Both the position numbers and the translations under genes were made by a program. Positions 52,591 to 64,000 of a DNA stretch of 64,000 bases are shown piece after piece (within the stretch, counting starts at the first letter, position 1; each line of letters opens with the position of its first letter). This DNA comes from Octopus vulgaris (lineage: Eukaryota): positions 4,092,001 through 4,156,000 of the forward strand of contig OX597842.1 of NCBI GenBank assembly GCA_951406725.2, read 5' to 3'. A model generated the notes under the pieces. It did no database searches. It was not told the origin of the DNA and saw nothing but the letters and a program-made list of their open reading frames with translations.

Positions 52591-52967
52591 ATAGAGAGAG
52601 AGAGGGGAGAGGGAGAGAGAGCATTGGTGATGTGTGTGTGTGTTACGGCCCCTCGTGTGTGTGTATATATCACTGACTTTAGTATGTGTGTTATTAGCTG
52701 TAGTATATGCGTGTGTTACGGCCTGTTGTATGTGTGTGTGAGAAGGAGAGAGAGAGGGGGGCGACGGCTAGAATGGGTTGGGCAGGGTGTGAACAATGTA
52801 GCAACACTTGTAACACTTGCGTATCATATATAGAAATATCGATTTCTCGGAATCGATTTCGCATTATCTTTTGAATGGTGGGGAGGGGGGATGTCGGCAG
52901 GACTGTGTGAGAGAGAGAGAGAGAGACAAAGAGAGACAGACAGACAGAGAGAGATATACAGGCAGGT

Positions 52968-53504
52968 GGATGCATAGATTGATAGACAGATTAATAGACA
53001 GATAGATTGATAGACAAACAGACAGATAGATAGACAGACAGACAGACAGATAGATAGACAGATAGATAGATAGACAGATAGATAGACAGATAGATAGACA
53101 GACAGACAGATAGATAGACATAGATAGACAGACAGACAGATAGATAGACAGATAGATAGACAGACAGACAGACAGATAGATAGACAGATAGATAGACAGA
53201 CAGACAGATAGATAGACAGATAGATAGATAGATAGACAGATAGATATACAGATAGATAGACAGATAGATAGACAGATAGACAGACAGACAGATAGATAGA
53301 CAGATAGATAGACAGACAGACTGATAGATAGACAGATAGATAGACAGACAGAGATAGATAGACAGATAGATAGACAGACAGACTGATAGATAGACAGATA
53401 GACAGACAGATAGCCAGACAGACAAACGGATACATAGATAGACAGACAGACAGACGGATAGATACACAGACGGATAGACAGATAGACAGACAGACAAGAT
53501 AAAC

Positions 53505-53559
<55 letters not shown>

Positions 53560-53580
53560 CAGACAAACACACACACACAC

Positions 53581-53646
<66 letters not shown>

Positions 53647-53670
53647 GTATAGAGAGACAGACAGACAGTC
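52968..53670. repeat. (GATA/GACA)n microsatellite
   Basis: Directly visible. Confidence 0.96.
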
Positions 53671-53722
53671 ATGCTAGATGGGCTGTGGTCAGAGGGTTAC
53701 ATAGAAAGATAAAGAGATGTAC

Positions 53723-53807
<85 letters not shown>

Positions 53808-54360
53808 TAAACAGGCAGGTGGATGCGTATGTAGATAGATAGACAGACAGATAACGAGCGAGATAGATGAGTAGACAGATAAACAGCGATATATATATAT
53901 ATATAATATCAGAGAGAGAGAGAGAGAGAGAGACGAAGTTCGATTGATAGATCTGTGGCGATAAAATAGCTTGCTAAAATGTTTTGTAGTAGCTGACGCA
54001 GCAAGGACGCGAAACTGGGAACTTGCTGACGAACCAACTTGGCAGTTTGTTTGATAAGCAAAGCGAACACACAGACACAGAACCACAGCGAGAAACCCAT
54101 CTCTCTTGGCTCTGTTGTAGCTGCACACACGCACCCGAACACACAGACACAAAACAGCTGACAGTCTTTGATCTGTGTGTGTGTGCGTATTGCGTGATGT
54201 GTACGAGTGTACGTATATTTGTGTGTGCGTACATTAGGGTGTGTGTATGTGTGTATTGCATGTTGTGTATGTATGAGTGTGCGTATAGTGTGTCTCTGTG
54301 TGTACGCGCGCACGTTTAACGTGATGCATGTGTAAGCTCGTGTAGCGTGTTGTGTGTATG

Positions 54361-54397
<37 letters not shown>

Positions 54398-54634
54398 TGC
54401 ATGTTGAATGTGTCTACGCGTGTATAAAGTGTTGTGTGTATGATGTTCCCATAACAGTATGTGTGTGTCTGCACGCACGCGCTTGCGTAGTATTTTTCTC
54501 CCTCTGATAGCCGAGTCAGCGGTTCGAACCCTTGCCCTGGCACTTCCATAGCTTTTTCACGCTATTTGCAACCTATCATACACCAACGAATGCTTGATGC
54601 AAGCGATCTGTTAGTTATCAGTCACTCAGCTAAG

Positions 54635-54671
<37 letters not shown>

Positions 54672-54672
<1 letters not shown>

Positions 54673-55298
54673 CTCTTTTAGTTGTTTCAGTCATTTGACT
54701 GTGGCCATGCTGGAGCACCGCCTTTAGTCGAGCAGATCGACCCCAGGACTTATTCTTTGTAAGCCTAGTACTTATTCTATCGGTGCCTTTTGCCGAACCG
54801 CTAAGTTACGGGGACGTAAACACACCGGCATCGTTTGTCAAGCGATGTTGGGGTGACAAAACACACACACACACACACACGTATATATATATGTATGTAT
54901 ATGTATGTATATGTATATATGTATGTATATATGTATGTATATATATATGTACTCCAGTATAAGGCCCCCCCCGCCCAATAGTGCTTTGTACACCAGTATA
55001 CAGACCCATCGAAAAGAACCGTGATGTATGACCCTTGTATGGTTATCTTAGTGTATTTGTATACACACACACACACACACACACTCACACACACACACAA
55101 TCACACATCTTTTATCTGTTTCAATCAATAGAGTGTGGCCATGCTGGGGCACCGCCTTAAAGAACTTTTAATGAGTGCACCCCAGTATTTAGTTTGTTTT
55201 GTTTGTTTTTTTAAGCCTGTTACTTTTTGCTGAACTGCTAAGTTACGGGGATGTAAACAAGCCAACACCGATTTCAAACGCTGGTGGCAGGTAAACAA

Positions 55299-55368
<70 letters not shown>

Positions 55369-55435
55369 GCACACACACAACACAGTTAAACGACGGGCTT
55401 CCTTCAGTTTCTGCGTACCAAATTCACTCCCAAGA
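54672..55435 (-). mobile_element. Two partial SINE family A copies (54672-54860 and 55108-55435)
   Basis: Reverse-complement 3' halves with GTTTCAGTCATTTGACTG-type ends. Confidence 0.82.
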
Positions 55436-55451
55436 CTTTCTCGATGCGTAA

Positions 55452-55680
55452 AGGCGCGGTGGCCTAGTGGTGAGTAGGGTGTTGCTTTCGCGATGGCCTG
55501 ATCATGGTTTCGATCCCGGACCGGGCTGTGCGATGTGGTCTTCAACAAAACACTTCTCGTCATGTTCTTCCAGGAGTAACACTCAGCGGTGAAATGAGTC
55601 ACCCTGCCAACGTCCGGCATCCCGATTCACAGGGTTTATTCATACCTCATAGAAACCGGGTAATCGTCCTATGAGCCGCA
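55452..55680 (+). mobile_element. SINE family C, old copy
   Basis: AGGCGCGGTGGCCTAGTGG..GGTTTCGATCCCGGACCGGG..GAAACCGGG. Confidence 0.7.
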
Positions 55681-55908
55681 CGACATATAACAGACTTACT
55701 TCACTTCTTACACACACACACACCATTGTGCTTGCCTATCTACTCACTCTGCGAATGTGAGAGTAAATTGCTTTGATTTCCGTCTCTCTTTCTGCTTCCA
55801 TCTTTATATGTGTCTATTTTTATCTGCCTCTGTACTTTAGCGATCTGACTGTCGATTAATCGATCGACCTATCAATCAATCTAGCTAGCTAGCTGTATAT
55901 CCTATCTG

Positions 55909-55968
<60 letters not shown>

Positions 55969-56144
55969 CCTACCTACCTACCTACCTACCTACCTACCTA
56001 CCTACCTATCTATCTATCTGTCTATCTCTCTGCCTATCTGTCTATCTATCTCTGTCTGTCTATCTCTCTGCCTATCACTCTGTCTGCCTGTCTATCTCTC
56101 TCCCTCTCTGTCTATCTCTCTGCCTATCTATCTATCAGTCCATT

Positions 56145-56312
56145 TTTTATTCTATTTTTTTTTAAATTTATTTTTTTTTTCTTTTCCTCCCTTTTACGAT
56201 CCCTCTTGATCGAAAACCTACGCCACCCCCTTTTTTTCATCCCCCCAAAGAAAAGCTCTACCTTGTAACTTGTCCCATCTGTGTGCAGCCCTGTGTGGCC
56301 AATAAAGAAACT
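56145..56312 (+). mobile_element. 5'-truncated LINE-like 3' end with 16-bp TSD
   Basis: TATCTATCAGTCCATT at 56129-56144 and 56313-56328; the insert ends TTGTCCCATCTGTGTGCAGCCCTGTGTGGCCAATAAAGAAA. Confidence 0.75.
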
Positions 56313-56477
56313 TATCTATCAGTCCATTCTTCTATCAGTCTATTCTTCTACCTATACTATCCTATCCATCTGTCCCTGTATCTATCTATCTATCAATCTA
56401 TCTGCATCCATCCACCCATTCATGTATGTATCTACCTATATACATCCATCCACATATGTATCTATATATTATTATTC

Positions 56478-56526
<49 letters not shown>

Positions 56527-56646
56527 GTCTGTCTGTCTCTCTCTCCGTGCATCCCATATATATTTATCTTTCCCCCTTCTGCTCCCTTTATTATGCAAAC
56601 ACTGATTCCGCACACACGCGCTTGCAACCATAACTGTGTGTATGAA

Positions 56647-56813
56647 ATGCCTTGTCTTCACAAAAGCTTGTCTGTGTGTCTAGACAGCATATATCTGAAG
56701 GTTTGGCCGAATGGATAACAAACTTACGTCGCCATCACGAGGGACTCGTGTTCAATATCACTGCCGGGCGTTTCTGACTAGTTATAAATTTCTCTTGTCT
56801 CGGATGGACCCAA
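56647..56813 (+). repeat. 167-bp segment duplicated at 60412-60579
   Basis: ATGCCTTGTCTTCACAAAAGCTTG...GATGGACCCAA in both places with few differences. Confidence 0.92.
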
Positions 56814-57169
56814 GTTTTCTAATTGAAACAGGTTATAGGGAAACTATTGGGAAGCCTTTGAATTGATTGGACGTCTGATTCATTATAAGCCCAGCCTTGT
56901 CACATGCAATAAACGATAAATTAAGGGTACGACGTGTCTGTGGAATACTCCGCCACTTAAAAATTCAGTGAGTAGACAATTGAGATCGGTTAGAAAAGCT
57001 GGGGTGCTCGTCGTCGATGCCGACGGAGATCCCTTGTGCTGGAAAGTATGACTGCACAGAAAGGTATGCAATATCGAACTGTGTGCACATGCGATGCAAC
57101 GCATTGAGTGCAGACGGTCATGCATGCGTGTTCCTTCCTATGTATTTCTATGATGTATGTATGTGCTTA

Positions 57170-57215
<46 letters not shown>

Positions 57216-57638
57216 GAGGCTGCTTACTCAGCAGAATAAGTGTGTATATATTTATGTATGTATGCAGCAAACAGCTGATTCATACAGGATTTTAACTTGT
57301 CTGTTAATATATAAACGTGGTGGTGTGTATAGTGTAGGGAGAGCATGGTGCCTATCCATCCCCCTATCTATTGATCTAGATACTTTCATCCATTCATACA
57401 CCTACCTATCTATCTATCTATTTACATCCATCTACTATCTGTCTATCACTCTATCTATCTGTCTATCTATTCATCTGTCTCTCTTTCCGTCTATCTGTTT
57501 ATCTATCTATCTATCTCTGTCTGTTTATCTATCTATTTGTCTGTCTGACAGTCCTTCTGCATGTCTGTCTGTCTCATCCATCCATCTATCTATCTATCCC
57601 TCAATCAGTCTATCCATCCGTCTATCTATCTATCTATC

Positions 57639-57723
<85 letters not shown>

Positions 57724-57882
57724 ATCTATCAGTCTGTACAGACAGACAGATAGATAGATGGATGGATGGATGACTAGACAGATGTGACTCTGTTGATAAA
57801 GAAGACAGTATGGTAAGTCATTTTCCAAGAAGTCAGTGATGCAAAGTTGCACCTAATCCACTGCAAAGACATGCACACATGA

Positions 57883-57952
<70 letters not shown>

Positions 57953-58093
57953 TCACCTATTTGTATATCTAATCAGAAGATTCATAAACAGACATGTAGA
58001 CGTGTGTGTGTGTGTGTGTGTGTTGTACACATTGTCATTAGTGTGTGTATGTCTGTCGTTATGTACGATTGATTAGTCACATACACACACTTA

Positions 58094-58129
<36 letters not shown>

Positions 58130-58372
58130 CATACACCCATATACACTCACTTCCTACTAACCCACACCCCATACACAGTTGGGGTGGGGGGTTATCTTTT
58201 ACTGCATTACTTATGTTAGTTATTTGACTGTGGTGGCCATGCTGGAACACCACCATCTTGAAGAATTCTACTCAAATGAATCAACCTATATACTATTTTT
58301 TTTTTGTACTTATTCTATCAGTCTCCTTTGCTGAATTGCTAAGTGATGGTGACTTAACACACATACAATCAT

Positions 58373-58411
<39 letters not shown>

Positions 58412-58674
58412 TATATTTGTAGGCACAGGCATGGTTGTATGGTAAGAAGTTTGCATCCCAGCCACATGGTTCTGGGTTCAGTCCGACTGCATGGTACCGT
58501 GGGGAAATTCTGCCAAGGTTGGCTTTGCCTTTCATCCAGTTGGGGTCAATAAAATGAGTACCAGTCAAGCACTGGACTTGACATAAATTGTCTGGTCACT
58601 TTCCCCAGAATTTCAGGCCTTATGCCTACAGTAGAAAGGATTACAACTGAACATAAACACAAGCATTCATGTAT

Positions 58675-59073
58675 CTCTTTTACTTGTTTGTCACTTGACT
58701 ACAGCCATGCTGGAGCACCGCCTTTAGTCGAGCAAATCGACCCCAGGACTTATTCTTTGTAAGCCTAGTACTTATTCTATCGGTCTCTTTTTCCAAACCG
58801 ATAAGTAACGGGGTCATAAACACACCAGCATCGGTTGATAAGCAATGCTAGGGGGACAAACACAAACATACACGCACACACATATATACATATATATACA
58901 TACATATATATGACGAGCTTCTTTCAGTTTCCGTCTACCAAATCCACTCACAAGGCTTTGGTCGGCCCGAGGCTAAAGTAGAAGACACTTGCCCAAGGTG
59001 TCACACAGTGGGACTGAACCCGGAACCATGTGGTTGGTAAACAAGCAACTTACCACACAGCCACTTCTGCACC
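58675..59073 (-). mobile_element. SINE family A, full-length
   Basis: Near-consensus reverse complement. Confidence 0.9.
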
Positions 59074-59187
59074 TATATATATTTTTGAATGTATATATGT
59101 ATGCATGTCTCTGTTTTGATGTAGAGAAAATGCAAGGAATATTACATTGATTGACATATATCAATATATTTATTTTTTTATGTGCTC

Positions 59188-59476
59188 TTTTCAAGCCTAG
59201 CCAGGCTTATGGGCCCAGTTTCTGTGGCGTATGTGTTCCCCCCAGCTGGATGGGACGTCAGTTCATCGCAGCATTACTCAAGAAGTAGGAAGAGAGAGTG
59301 AGAGAAAGTTTGGGCGAAAGAGTACACCAGGGGTCGCGACCCTCCCCCCTGTCAGAGCCTCGTGGAGCTTTAGGTGTTTTCACTCAATAAACACACAATG
59401 CCCGGTCTGGGAATCGAAACCAGGATCCACCAACCGTGAATCCGCTGCCCTAACCACTGGGCCATTGTGCCTCCAC
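59188..59476 (-). mobile_element. SINE with a family C2 head and a family C tail
   Basis: The head matches the 43273-43564 copy; the 3' part (CCTAGCCAGGCTTATGGGCCC on +) matches family C. Confidence 0.8.
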
Positions 59477-60113
59477 ATATCAATATTTTAATAAGTATTA
59501 ATATATATAATTAATAGGTAAGTAAAATGAGTGCTTGGATTAGTTTATCACTAAAACTCCAGCTTCAGGTGCAAATAGGAATGAGGTGTTGAAATTGCCT
59601 ATCCAAAGCGACTAGAAATGGTGCCTGATTCAAACAGCATTTAGCATTATTCCAGAATATTGTTGTAATAAACAGAACAAATAAAGTATAAATAAAGCAT
59701 AGAACAGTTATGATATGTAAAGTCACCTACAACTGTTTCTGGAATACCTGACCAAGTGGATCATTTTAATGTGTAACAATTTCATGTACTCCAAGTATCT
59801 TATCATAGATCGAGGTAAAACATTATAAAAAAAAAACAGATCCTAAATTGAGGATATTAGCAGTCATCAGTTAGACTTAGAGGCAACTGTATTATGTAAT
59901 TCCATTGTGAAAGAATTGATGAATCAATGAATTCATAGAGTTAATGAGGTTATATAAAGTTCATTGGTAGTTTCAGGTATCAATGTTACAGTTCAGCAGG
60001 TAAATAGTGCAGCAGGTAAAAAGTTCTGTATATTTTGATATTTGTTTATATGTTTACACATTATATAGTAAAATCAATAAAAAGACTGCAGAGAACTTGC
60101 AGTGAGGAGTGGA

Positions 60114-60150
60114 AACCTCAACGTTTCAGACAAGTGTCCTTTATCAGGTA
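60114..60150 (-). ncRNA. Decayed minimal hammerhead motif
   Basis: Minus strand CUGAUAA-A-GGAC[ACUU]GUCU-GAAAC-GUU with G8 mutated. A weaker inverted partner lies at about 60248-60275. Confidence 0.45.
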
Positions 60151-60575
60151 AAAGTTGAAAGGAGAGGGAAAGTTGAGGCCAGTTTCTTTAACTTAGAGGA
60201 TGTAAAACTCTCGCGTCTCTCATTTATTTCTCTCCTTACAACTTTTCCCCTGGGGAAGGGCTGTCTGAAACTCTGGATTCCCCCACACCCATCATGACAG
60301 GTACACTGAACTTGTTTTATCGATTTTGCTACAAATTATAAATCTTGCTGACACAGACCAACTCCAGTTTCTTTGGAGTCTGTTTGATCATGTAAGTATA
60401 CATGTGTGAGTATGCCTTGTCTTCACAAAAGCTTGTCTGTGTGTCTAGACAGCATATATCTGAAGGTTTGGCCGAATGGATAAACAAACTTACGGCGCCA
60501 TCACAAGGGACTCGTGTTCAATATCACTGCCGGGCGTTTCTGGCTACTCAAAAATTTCTCTTGTCTCAGATGGAC

Positions 60576-61121
60576 CCAAAGGAAGAAAATGGCAAAAAAA
60601 AAAGAACTTTTAAAAATCAGGTCAATTAGAAAAAAATGGTTTCAAAATAAGAAAATGGTTTTGGTATTTTTTCTAAAAGACTTGTCTTGATCTGTCTCCA
60701 TGACGTTCAAACCATTTGATGAGGTTTCACACTTTTTTTATAACCATTGAATACATACATAGATATGTGTGTGTGTGTGTGTATATGTATGTATGTATGT
60801 ATACACATATGTATACAAATATGCACAGGTGAATACATGCATATATACATACACATATGTATGTGTATATATATATACGTACACATATATATATGTGTAT
60901 ATATATATACGTACACATATATATGTATGTGTGTATATATATATATATAAAACTGTATGTATGTATATGTTTATACATTTGTAAATATATATATGTACAT
61001 ATCTACATCTATGTATGTATACAAAAGTATAAATATATATAGATATACTGACACACATGTATGTATATATGCAGTAATTGTGTGTGTGTGTGTGTGTATA
61101 TGCATGTATTTATGTGTGTAT

Positions 61122-61156
<35 letters not shown>

Positions 61157-61560
61157 CATATATATGTATATATATGTGTGTATATATATGTGTGTGTGTG
61201 TGAGTGTGAATGTATGTATTCATGTATTTATGTGTATATATGTATATATTTATGTGTGTATATATATATATATATATGCACACACACACATAGGTGTATG
61301 TATATATGCGTGTATATATGTGTGCATATTTGTATACATATGTGTATACATATATACATATACACACACACATATCTATGTATGTATTCAATGGTTATAA
61401 AAAAGTGCGAAACCTCATCAAATGGTTTGAACGTCATGGAGACAGATCAAGACAAGTCTTTTAGAAAAAATACCAAAACCATTTTCTTATTTTGAAACCA
61501 TTTTTTTCTAATTGACCTGATTTTTAAAAGTTCTTTTTTTTTGCCATTTTCTTCCTTTGG
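60576..61560. repeat. Fold-back inverted repeat with arms of about 300 bp around a TA/TG-rich spacer
   Basis: 60576-60765 is a near-perfect reverse complement of 61371-61560 (CCAAAGGAAGAAAATGGC.../...GCCATTTTCTTCCTTTGG). Similarity extends into the microsatellite. Confidence 0.93.
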
Positions 61561-61561
61561 A

Positions 61562-61900
61562 ATGGCAGAACCAGTAGTAGATCTGTCAGGAAAATGCCAT
61601 GCACTATTTGTTCTGACTCTTTAGATTCTGAGTTCAAATTCCACCAAGGCCAACTTTCCCTTTCATCTTTCCAGGATTGATAAAATACGAATCAGTTGAG
61701 CACCAAGGTGGATGTCATTGTTTTACCCCTCCCCCCAAATTGCTGGCCTTGTGCCAAAACTTGAAACCGTTATTGGGTCAACTTTGCCTTTCATCATTTC
61801 AGGGTCAAAGAAATAAGTACCAGTAATGCACTGGGGTCAATGTAATCAACTAGCCCCACTCCATCCAAATTTCAGTCTTTGTGTCTATAATAGAAAGAAT
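61562..61900 (+). mobile_element. Old SINE family B copies, CpG-decayed
   Basis: TTCCACCAAGGCCAACTTT replaces the consensus TTCCGCCGAGGTCGACTTT. Confidence 0.8.
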
Positions 61901-61901
61901 T

Positions 61902-62310
61902 ACTCTTTTACTTGTTTCAGCCATTTGACTGTGGCCATGCTGGAGCACCGCCTTTAATCGAGCAAATCGACCCCAGGACTTATTCTTTGTAACCTAGTAG
62001 TACTTGCTTATTCTATCGATCTCTTTTGCCGAACCGCTAAGTTAGAGGGCTGTAAACACACCAGCATCAGTTGTCAAGCAATGTTGGGGATACAAACAGA
62101 TGCACAAACACACCTACATATATATATATATATAAATACACATATATGATGGGCTTCTTTCAGTTTCCGTCTACCAAATCCACTCACAAGGCATTGGTCG
62201 GCCCGAGGCTATAGTAGAAGACACTTGCCCAAGGTGCCACGCAGTGGGACTGAACCCAGAACCATGTGGTTGGTAAGCAAGCTACTTACCACACAGCCAC
62301 TCCTATGCCT
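61902..62310 (-). mobile_element. SINE family A, full-length
   Basis: Near-consensus reverse complement. Confidence 0.9.
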
Positions 62311-62334
62311 ATTATTATTATTATTATTATTAAA

Positions 62335-62690
62335 GCTAGTGAGCTGGCAGTATCATTAGCACACTGGACAAAATGCTTAACAATATTTCACCTGTTGCTA
62401 GGTTCTTAGTTCAAATTCCACCGAGGTCAACTTTGCCTGTCATCCTTTCAGGGTTGATAAATTAAGTACCAGTTGCATACTAGGTCGATGTAATCAACCA
62501 GTCCTCCCCACCAAAAAAAAAAATTTCAGGCCTTCTGCCTATAGTAGAAATGATTACTATTATTATTATTCTGGTGGTGAATAAAATAAGTTGATAAAAT
62601 AAGTACCAGTTGAATACTGGGGTTGATGTAATTACTTTTTACTTACCCCAAAATTGCAGGCCTTGTGCCAAAATTTGAAACCATTATTAT
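62335..62690 (+). mobile_element. Old SINE family B copies, CpG-decayed
   Basis: GAGCTGGCAG head, Nin-like segment and (ATT)n tails. Confidence 0.8.
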
Positions 62691-62729
62691 TTTTTCTTAT
62701 CTCTTTGTTTTGCAACATACTCAGCAATC

Positions 62730-62969
62730 CTGTCCCTGCTGGCGCCATGTCTAAAGCCTGAGACCCGGTGGTGCATAAAAGCACCCTGGGTCATGTCAGG
62801 TGAAAAAGCAGCCAGTATGCTCTGTGTAGAGGTTGGTGTTAGGAACGGCATCCAGCTGTAGAATCTATGCCAACACAATGAAGTCTGCTACCGTTCCTGG
62901 CATTGCCAGTTCCTGTCAAACTGTCCAACCCATGCCAGCACGGAAAACGGACGTTAAATGATGATGATT
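62730..62969 (+). mobile_element. Retroposon 3' portion with (GAT)n tail, RTE-like
   Basis: GGTTGGTGTTAGGAACGGCATCCAGC...CCAACCCATGCCAGCACGGAAAACGGACGTTAAATGATGATGAT; short tandem-repeat tails are typical of RTE-mobilised elements. Confidence 0.6.
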
Positions 62970-64000
62970 AATGCCCTTTTTTTTGTTTTTTGTTTTACTT
63001 CATGCATTTGCTAGTTTTCAATTTTTTGCGGCAGTTGCCCTCTCTGCAATTCAAGTGTGAAACCACTCAGTTCTTGAGTGCATGTGTGTGTGTGAGAGAG
63101 AAAGAGAGAGGGAGAGAGAGAAAGGGAATCAGAAAAAAAGGGAAACAGAGAGAGAGAGAGAGAGAGAGATGTTAACCCATCAACTTTGCCAAATCCTGCT
63201 ATCGTCATGACCACAACCACTGCTGACATCACCACCACCATCACCTTATTCCGCTAACACTAATTTCTTTTTTAATTAATGTTCTGTAAATTTAACTATT
63301 TGTATAACTGCTGTTGTTGTTGTTGTCGTCGGTGGTGGTGGTGGTGGTGATGATGATGATGTTGGTGTTGCTGTGGTTGTTTTTGTCGTTGTTGTGGTAG
63401 CGGTGGTGTTTTAACTGCCAACAACACAGTCCTAATTTTAATGAAATTAAATTAAAAAGTTTGAGCTTTATTGATTTTAAACAATTATACCAACAACAAC
63501 AACAACAACAACAGCATCGAGGGGAAATTTTGCAGAAGAAGATGAAGAAGAAAAAAGAAAAAAAAACCCTACAAAATATTTGAAGAAATTTCCCAGAAAA
63601 TACAAGGTAAAAAAAAAGATGTTTAAAACTACGAACGGAGCAGCAAAGGCATAAAAAGTTTGTTGAAAAAATGTAGCTACATGAAATTCACAAGGCCATG
63701 CAATGTAAAAAACCAAGCATGCATTGTGCGCATGCACCCTCTCCCCTCTGCTCTCCCTCACTCCATCTCTCCTATCAGTCTGTCTCAGTTTCTCTCTCTC
63801 TTTCTCCCCCTCTATCTCCCTATATACATTTCTCTTTCTGCCTCTTTCTCTCTCTGTAGCCCTCTCAATCTCTTTCTATATTTCTTACTCTCTCTCTCTC
63901 TCTCTCTCATACACACACAGATGCACATAAATGCACACATACATGTTTATTCATACTCACAGGCATTCATGATTGAATGCATTCATTCATACATGCATTT

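Overview
This is repeat-saturated animal genomic DNA. The SINE families and the very high density of TA/CA/TACA/GATA microsatellites look like an octopus genome (my recognition, not a database result). No complete protein-coding gene is present, and nearly all supplied ORFs are translations of microsatellites or SINEs. Supported content: (1) four families of tRNA-headed SINEs with dozens of copies, some nested with target-site duplications (TSDs); (2) a decayed R4/Dong-like retrotransposon endonuclease fragment, LINE-like 3' ends, and mariner and hAT MITEs; (3) one good spliced exon encoding a probable signal peptide (41845-41958, +); (4) a switch to CpG-depleted DNA at about 57.7 kb; (5) a 985-bp fold-back inverted repeat. 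The most striking unannotated signal is about ten type I hammerhead ribozyme (HHR) motifs of Penelope-like style. One looks structurally complete (274-332). Most are decayed and sit inside short fold-back palindromes. One is linked to a tRNA-derived Pol III head, suggesting a tRNA+ribozyme SINE. Repeat boundaries were read by eye and are approximate, generally to about 10 bp.
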